From a virus, in the IMG/VR virus record IMGVR_UViG_3300025806_000014, positions 19,617 through 83,616 of that record: a DNA stretch of 64,000 bases. One strand, given 5' to 3'. The position numbers were made by a program, and so were the translations under genes. Positions 60,217-64,000 of the stretch are shown here, piece after piece. The notes below the pieces were generated by a model, which saw only the letters and a list, made by a program, of their open reading frames with translations, made no database searches and had not been told where the DNA came from. The first letter of the stretch is position 1, and each line of letters begins with the position of its first letter.

Positions 60217-60555
60217 TTTAAACCTTTTGATTAGAGTTTCATCGTTAGGATTATTTTTAAGATCTTTAATTAGCAATTCTGCATATGCAAAGGAAATATT
60301 GTTTGTTTTAACTTCACCTAAGACACCGCATTCATATTCTTTACATTTAGATGGGCGATTTTTATAAATCTTGCATAAATTACAGTTGTCTAACTGTTCA
60401 CAGCCACCTGGGAGTTGCCAGGAAAAACCAAAGTTAGTTTTTTCCTTTACAACATTTTTAAATAAATGATGTTTTGATTCTTCGACATATACACCTGGCC
60501 ATAATGTACCATTACAGCATAAGCCACAATCTAAACATAAATCAGTTGCTTTCAT
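60208..60555 (-). CDS. YkgJ-family Cys-cluster (Fe-S/Zn) protein
   Basis: CLDCGLCC...C..L....CKIY.NRP..C..YEC. Confidence 0.75.
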   Translation of the reverse strand: MKATDLCLDCGLCCNGTLWPGVYVEESKHHLFKNVVKEKTNFGFSWQLPGGCEQLDNCNLCKIYKNRPSKCKEYECGVLGEVKTNNISFAYAELLIKDLKNNPNDETLIKRFKNC

Positions 60556-60737
60556 TTATTATTTTGCTTCTGCTGGTATATTGCTTTTTGTTTTTGCTTT
60601 CTTTTAGTTTCGGAAGGTTTAACAAATTCTTTTCTTGCTCTAATATCTTTAAGGAGTCTAGTCTCTCTACATTTTCTTTTGTACTTTTTTAATACTTTGT
60701 CGATTGATTCTTTTTCTCCTTTTTTGATTATTAGCAT
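60552..60737 (-). CDS. rpsU: Ribosomal protein bS21 (Bacteroidota-type)
   Basis: MLII...ESIDKVLKKYKRK...IRARKEFVKPS..KR....KAIY; exact TATAAATA at 60757-60764 upstream. Confidence 0.9.
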   Translation of the reverse strand: MLIIKKGEKESIDKVLKKYKRKCRETRLLKDIRARKEFVKPSETKRKQKQKAIYQQKQNNK

Positions 60738-60771
60738 ATTTAAGTTTTTGTTTTTATATTTATAAGGTTAA

Positions 60772-60850
60772 GGTCGGGAAGATGAGACTTGAACTCATAT
60801 GTAACCAATTACTCTTTCTACAAGGTATAAGCTTGAGGAGATACATCCCG
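60772..60850 (-). ncRNA. Atypical D-arm-less tRNA-like RNA with Ile(UAU) anticodon loop
   Basis: CGGGATG-TA-TCTCC-TCAAG-CTTATAC-CTTGT-(21 nt)-ATGAG-TTCAAGT-CTCAT-CTTCCCG-A-CC. Confidence 0.7.
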
Positions 60851-60858
60851 ATTCGCGG

Positions 60859-60932
<74 letters not shown>

Positions 60933-60938
60933 AGATCT

Positions 60939-61106
60939 TTATCTAAATATCAAAAGACAGATTGCTATTACTGCTAATCCTATTATTGAAATAAATGCTC
61001 CAATATAAGAAGCTTTCATTTGTTCTTTAGATCTTCCTTGCCTATACTTATTATTTTCTTTCATTCTTTTTAGGTATTCTTTACCGTTGTTTGCAAAATG
61101 ATTCAT
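60939..61106 (-). CDS. Small single-TM protein (not in ORF track)
   Basis: 55 aa MNHFANNGKEYLKRMKENNKYRQGRSKEQMKASYIGAFISIIGLAVIAICLLIFR. Confidence 0.55.
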   Translation of the reverse strand: MNHFANNGKEYLKRMKENNKYRQGRSKEQMKASYIGAFISIIGLAVIAICLLIFR

Positions 61107-61107
61107 A

Positions 61108-61332
61108 TTATCCTAATTCTCCGTTTGACCATGCTTCATAAACATGCTTCATTAAACCATCATCAATATCAGCTTCTTCCCAACCTGAAATTTCATTCCA
61201 TTCAAAGAATTCTGTATTCTTTGGATTTTCAGCAATTCTTACAGATATAATTTCACCGTCTATATCCAATTCATGTTCGTTGGTAACTGCTGACCAAACT
61301 TCTTTACTTTCTAAAACTTTAATCTCAGCCAT
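61108..61332 (-). CDS. Acidic hypothetical protein
   Basis: 74-aa ORF. Confidence 0.55.
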   Translation of the reverse strand: MAEIKVLESKEVWSAVTNEHELDIDGEIISVRIAENPKNTEFFEWNEISGWEEADIDDGLMKHVYEAWSNGELG

Positions 61333-61333
61333 T

Positions 61334-61591
61334 TTAAATTTTTGTTAATCTTTCTTTTTCTATGTTTTGGTCAAAGTAAGAAGGTATTCCTTTTGGTAAT
61401 TCACATGTTAAACCTTCAGGCCTAACTTGTATTTTATTATTTCCACATAATGAAATTATTTCTCCAATGTATTCTTTATCTCTAAATACTGGAAGTACTT
61501 CGCCCTTTCTACAAGTTTTTCCTTCAGGATGAGGTACTGCTGTCATTGGTCTAATCCATTTTACTTTGTCTCCTCTTTTAAATTCTGCCAT
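61334..61591 (-). CDS. Hypothetical protein (SH3/KOW-like FKRGDKV start)
   Basis: 85 aa; TTCAGA-N15-TTATAATTA motif upstream. Confidence 0.55.
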   Translation of the reverse strand: MAEFKRGDKVKWIRPMTAVPHPEGKTCRKGEVLPVFRDKEYIGEIISLCGNNKIQVRPEGLTCELPKGIPSYFDQNIEKERLTKI

Positions 61592-61637
61592 GTTATTTAT
61601 AGTTTAATTGTTATAATATAATTATAATCTATTTGCA

Positions 61638-61814
61638 TTAATTCTGAAAGTTCTTTTTAAGAAAGATCCATAAAACTAAATAAATGCATAAAGCTGCAGG
61701 TATAACAAATAGAAAGGCTACTCTCCATAAGATTGAAGGTATTCCTGACCATTCTCCTAAACCTTGGCATACACCACCAATGTATCCGTTTCCTCTATAT
61801 AGTTTTGTATTCAT
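61638..61814 (-). CDS. PspC-domain membrane protein (not in ORF track)
   Basis: 58 aa MNTKLYRGNGYIGGVCQGLGEWSGIPSILWRVAFLFVIPAALCIYLVLWIFLKKNFQN; KLYR..IGGVC.GL and Y.V.WI..P/K hallmarks of PspC. Confidence 0.75.
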   Translation of the reverse strand: MNTKLYRGNGYIGGVCQGLGEWSGIPSILWRVAFLFVIPAALCIYLVLWIFLKKNFQN

Positions 61815-61830
61815 ATCTTTTTATCTTGGG

Positions 61831-61916
61831 TACCGCTGGAGGGACTCGAACCCTCACTCACCATTCGGCAAAACAGATTTTAAGTCTGTCGTGTCTACCA
61901 ATTCCACCACAGCGGC
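61831..61916 (-). tRNA. tRNA-Leu(UAA)
   Basis: GCCGCTG/CAGCGGT acceptor; GGAATTGGTAGAC D loop; ACAGA-CTTAAAA-TCTGT; long variable arm; GAGGG-TTCGAGT-CCCTC. Confidence 0.95.
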
Positions 61917-61923
61917 ATTCGTT

Positions 61924-62172
61924 TTAGAATTGCATATCTAAACCAACCATACTACGGTGTTCTTCTGGTAAGTTATACTTTATCAAAAATTCTAACATCT
62001 TACTTCTACTTCCTCCCATTGTTGAGCTCCATTCTTCAACAACAGTTTCATTACCATTGCGAGTTTCTATAATGTCATACCAATAACCTAGAATATGATC
62101 AAATCCCCAATTGAGGTCGACATAAAGATTGTCTTCAGCTATTCCGTGCATTCTTGAATTGTACCTACTCAT
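61924..62172 (-). CDS. Hypothetical early protein
   Basis: 82 aa with WGFDHILGYW; TTCAGA-N15-TTATAATTA motif upstream. Confidence 0.6.
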   Translation of the reverse strand: MSRYNSRMHGIAEDNLYVDLNWGFDHILGYWYDIIETRNGNETVVEEWSSTMGGSRSKMLEFLIKYNLPEEHRSMVGLDMQF

Positions 62173-62226
62173 TTTTAATTTGTTTGTTATACTATAATTA
62201 TAATCTATAAAGGTTTATTCTGAAAG

Positions 62227-62418
62227 TTAATCTTTACTATTATATCCTATTATAAATTTAATCATACAATATGGCCATGCGGTGATCCAAAAGAATCTTT
62301 GCCAATTGTTAGTATCTTCTCTACCTGGAGTATCAAACTTTTTCATCAAGTATTCAAACCCAGCTGAAAAGATAATACCACAAAGCATGTAAATTGCTAT
62401 ATAATTAATTGTTGTCAT
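62227..62418 (-). CDS. Small membrane protein
   Basis: 63 aa with two hydrophobic segments and a WP motif. Confidence 0.55.
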   Translation of the reverse strand: MTTINYIAIYMLCGIIFSAGFEYLMKKFDTPGREDTNNWQRFFWITAWPYCMIKFIIGYNSKD

Positions 62419-62425
62419 TTTTATT

Positions 62426-62614
62426 TTATTTTACCCATTCCATATAAGCCATATTATAAGCAGATACTTTATCTAACTCTGGATCATCCTTCATAAATAT
62501 TGCAGCTGTCGTCATAACTTCTTGTTTTAAATTATACGCATTGGCTTCTGTTAGTATTTCTTCTATTTGAATGTTCTCTTCTATGAAGTCCCATTCTCTT
62601 CCACTATTAATCAT
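62426..62614 (-). CDS. Hypothetical protein
   Basis: 62 aa; EEILTEANAYNLKQEV. Confidence 0.55.
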   Translation of the reverse strand: MINSGREWDFIEENIQIEEILTEANAYNLKQEVMTTAAIFMKDDPELDKVSAYNMAYMEWVK

Positions 62615-63008
62615 TTGTTATCTTTTTTAAATAAGGTTTTCGGTCAGCCATTTGTAACCAGTAGTTTTCACCGTAATGAGTACAAATTTCTTCGTCTTTT
62701 TTAATGTCTCTTTTTGCTATGTAATCAAAATGCATATTCTCTTCACTATCAATCCAATAAGCATTATGATTATCATCATGATTGTAAACACAACCTCCAC
62801 CAGTAGGAAGTACTAAAGTTATAAACTTACCTTCTTGTGGATAATTAAAAACATAGTCATATATCATACCTAGCTCGGATACTTTAGTATCAACAGGTAT
62901 AAGATAACATTTTTCAATTAGTTCTCCTTCTTTAATATCTTCTGCTGCATAAACTCCCATACCCTTGCCTTGCGTTTCTTTAAGATATATTTTAGTTGTT
63001 CTATTCAT
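62607..63008 (-). CDS. SET-domain protein (putative lysine methyltransferase)
   Basis: GKGMGVYAAEDIKEGELIE, YNH...NA, AKRDIKKDEEICTHYG..YW. Confidence 0.85.
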   Translation of the reverse strand: MNRTTKIYLKETQGKGMGVYAAEDIKEGELIEKCYLIPVDTKVSELGMIYDYVFNYPQEGKFITLVLPTGGGCVYNHDDNHNAYWIDSEENMHFDYIAKRDIKKDEEICTHYGENYWLQMADRKPYLKKITND

Positions 63009-63010
63009 AA

Positions 63011-63181
63011 TTACTTTTTACAGCTAGCCTCTGCGCTAACTCCAATAACAAGGAGTATGCAAGCCAGTGGGATATGGCCTACAAAACCTTCGCCTTGCGC
63101 AACTGCCCAAGTTAGTAGAGAGATGCCCACTAACATACAAGCTAACCAGCTCTGTTCTTTTATTTTATTCCATCTTTTCAT
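63011..63181 (-). CDS. Small two-TM protein (not in ORF track)
   Basis: 56 aa MKRWNKIKEQSWLACMLVGISLLTWAVAQGEGFVGHIPLACILLVIGVSAEASCKK. Confidence 0.5.
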   Translation of the reverse strand: MKRWNKIKEQSWLACMLVGISLLTWAVAQGEGFVGHIPLACILLVIGVSAEASCKK

Positions 63182-63263
63182 TTCTTATTATTTATTATTA
63201 GTACTTGCATTCTTTATAGGGCGGTCGCACATCCGTCGCACATTTTATACTGAAAGCACATAG

Positions 63264-63401
63264 TTAACCAATCAAGTCCGTAATCAGATGCCAAAAAGCA
63301 AATGATATACCGTAGACTATTAGACCACATAAACATGCCATAAAACTCCATCCACAAAACCAGATACAGCTCTCACAAATTCGTAGTACTTTATTCCTCA
63401 T
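63264..63401 (-). CDS. Small Cys-rich membrane peptide (not in ORF track)
   Basis: 45 aa MRNKVLRICESCIWFCGWSFMACLCGLIVYGISFAFWHLITDLIG, overlapping the upstream stop. Confidence 0.4.
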   Translation of the reverse strand: MRNKVLRICESCIWFCGWSFMACLCGLIVYGISFAFWHLITDLIG

Positions 63402-63783
63402 CTTTAAATACATTTTTTAGTTTAACCTTTTTCTTAGCTAACTCAGCTTCTTCCATCATATCATCGTACATCTCATCAACAACAAATTTATCTGTATAAT
63501 CATATACTGCAATATAATCAACAATATCTATATGGACCATAGTAGGACAGACCTTTGGAATAACAAATGCGTTGTAGTTAATACCCATACCATATTCAGG
63601 TTGACTATCAATAGCCTCGTAGAAACTAGAGTTAGCGAAACCTAATGGAATAGCTGGACCGTAATAGACCGCGTTAAGTCCGTCTTCTCGGTAGTGTCCA
63701 CCAGTCGAGCCGCATTGGCAGGTCCTGGTAGTTCTACTTAGTTTTACGATATCCCTGCAGGTGTTACAGAATAGTAGTTTCAT
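63391..63783 (-). CDS. Zn-ribbon hypothetical protein
   Basis: MKLLFCNTCRDIV...RTCQCG..GG.Y. Confidence 0.65.
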   Translation of the reverse strand: MKLLFCNTCRDIVKLSRTTRTCQCGSTGGHYREDGLNAVYYGPAIPLGFANSSFYEAIDSQPEYGMGINYNAFVIPKVCPTMVHIDIVDYIAVYDYTDKFVVDEMYDDMMEEAELAKKKVKLKNVFKDEE

Positions 63784-63789
63784 GTTTTC

Positions 63790-63942
63790 TTATTTCTTCC
63801 AGGAGTTAATAGTATTACCACAGTACAACACGGATACTACCAGACCAATGTATACAACGAATCGCAGAGATAGGGCGATGTTGTCTAGGGCTAGTTTGAT
63901 TGATGTCACATCTGTTGAGTTTTGTGTAAGGGCTTCTAACAT
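63790..63942 (-). CDS. Small single-TM protein (not in ORF track)
   Basis: 50 aa MLEALTQNSTDVTSIKLALDNIALSLRFVVYIGLVVSVLYCGNTINSWKK; TTCAGA-N15-TTATATTTA motif at 63971-64000. Confidence 0.45.
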   Translation of the reverse strand: MLEALTQNSTDVTSIKLALDNIALSLRFVVYIGLVVSVLYCGNTINSWKK

Positions 63943-64000
63943 ATTTTCTTTTTTAAGTTGTTATTTAATTTAAATATAACAAGTGTACCTCAACTCTGAA

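Noticed and set aside
60772-60850. Reading the atypical RNA as tmRNA, tRNA-Sec or an intron-split tRNA
   Set aside because: There is no tag ORF or G3-U70 alanine identity, no UCA anticodon or long acceptor stem, and the anticodon loop is contiguous.
61684-61941. Plus-strand ORFs 61684..61941 and 61733..61927
   Set aside because: They are antisense to tRNA-Leu and the PspC-like gene.
63210-63262. GC-richer patch with a TGTGCGAC direct repeat and a 15-codon ORF (MCFQYKMCDGCATAL)
   Set aside because: Too short to support. It has TTCAG but lacks the N15-TTATAWTTA box, and no stable fold was evident.

Overview
This AT-rich (about 30% GC) 64-kb window is part of a large T4-like (myovirus, probably jumbo) phage genome. 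The host is most likely a Bacteroidota/Flavobacteriales cell, based on a Flavobacterium-type bS21, SD-less A-rich start contexts and a T9SS-like cargo protein. Almost all genes lie on the minus strand. In coordinate order: a recombination/replication block (UvsW, UvsY, primase, gp32 SSB, GroES, RuvC-like); a long virion/tail/baseplate block (a fibre with a C-terminal Hint domain, gp6-, gp25-, gp13-, gp5-, gp53-like genes, a collagen-like fibre) that also holds an amidoligase-like gene and a 4-domain ribosomal protein S1; and an accessory region (dCMP deaminase, HAD phosphatases, DNA ligase, 2OG-Fe(II) oxygenase, DnaJ, SLT, TraR-like Zn finger, bS21, PspC-like, SET domain, tRNAs). A small plus-strand island encodes putative head-packaged proteins. 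The most unusual element is a D-arm-less, apparently rearranged tRNA-like gene with an Ile(UAU) anticodon loop between tRNA-Arg and bS21. Three promoter-like motif classes and a T4-style hairpin over a late promoter are readable directly. All product calls come from motif recognition by eye, not database searches.
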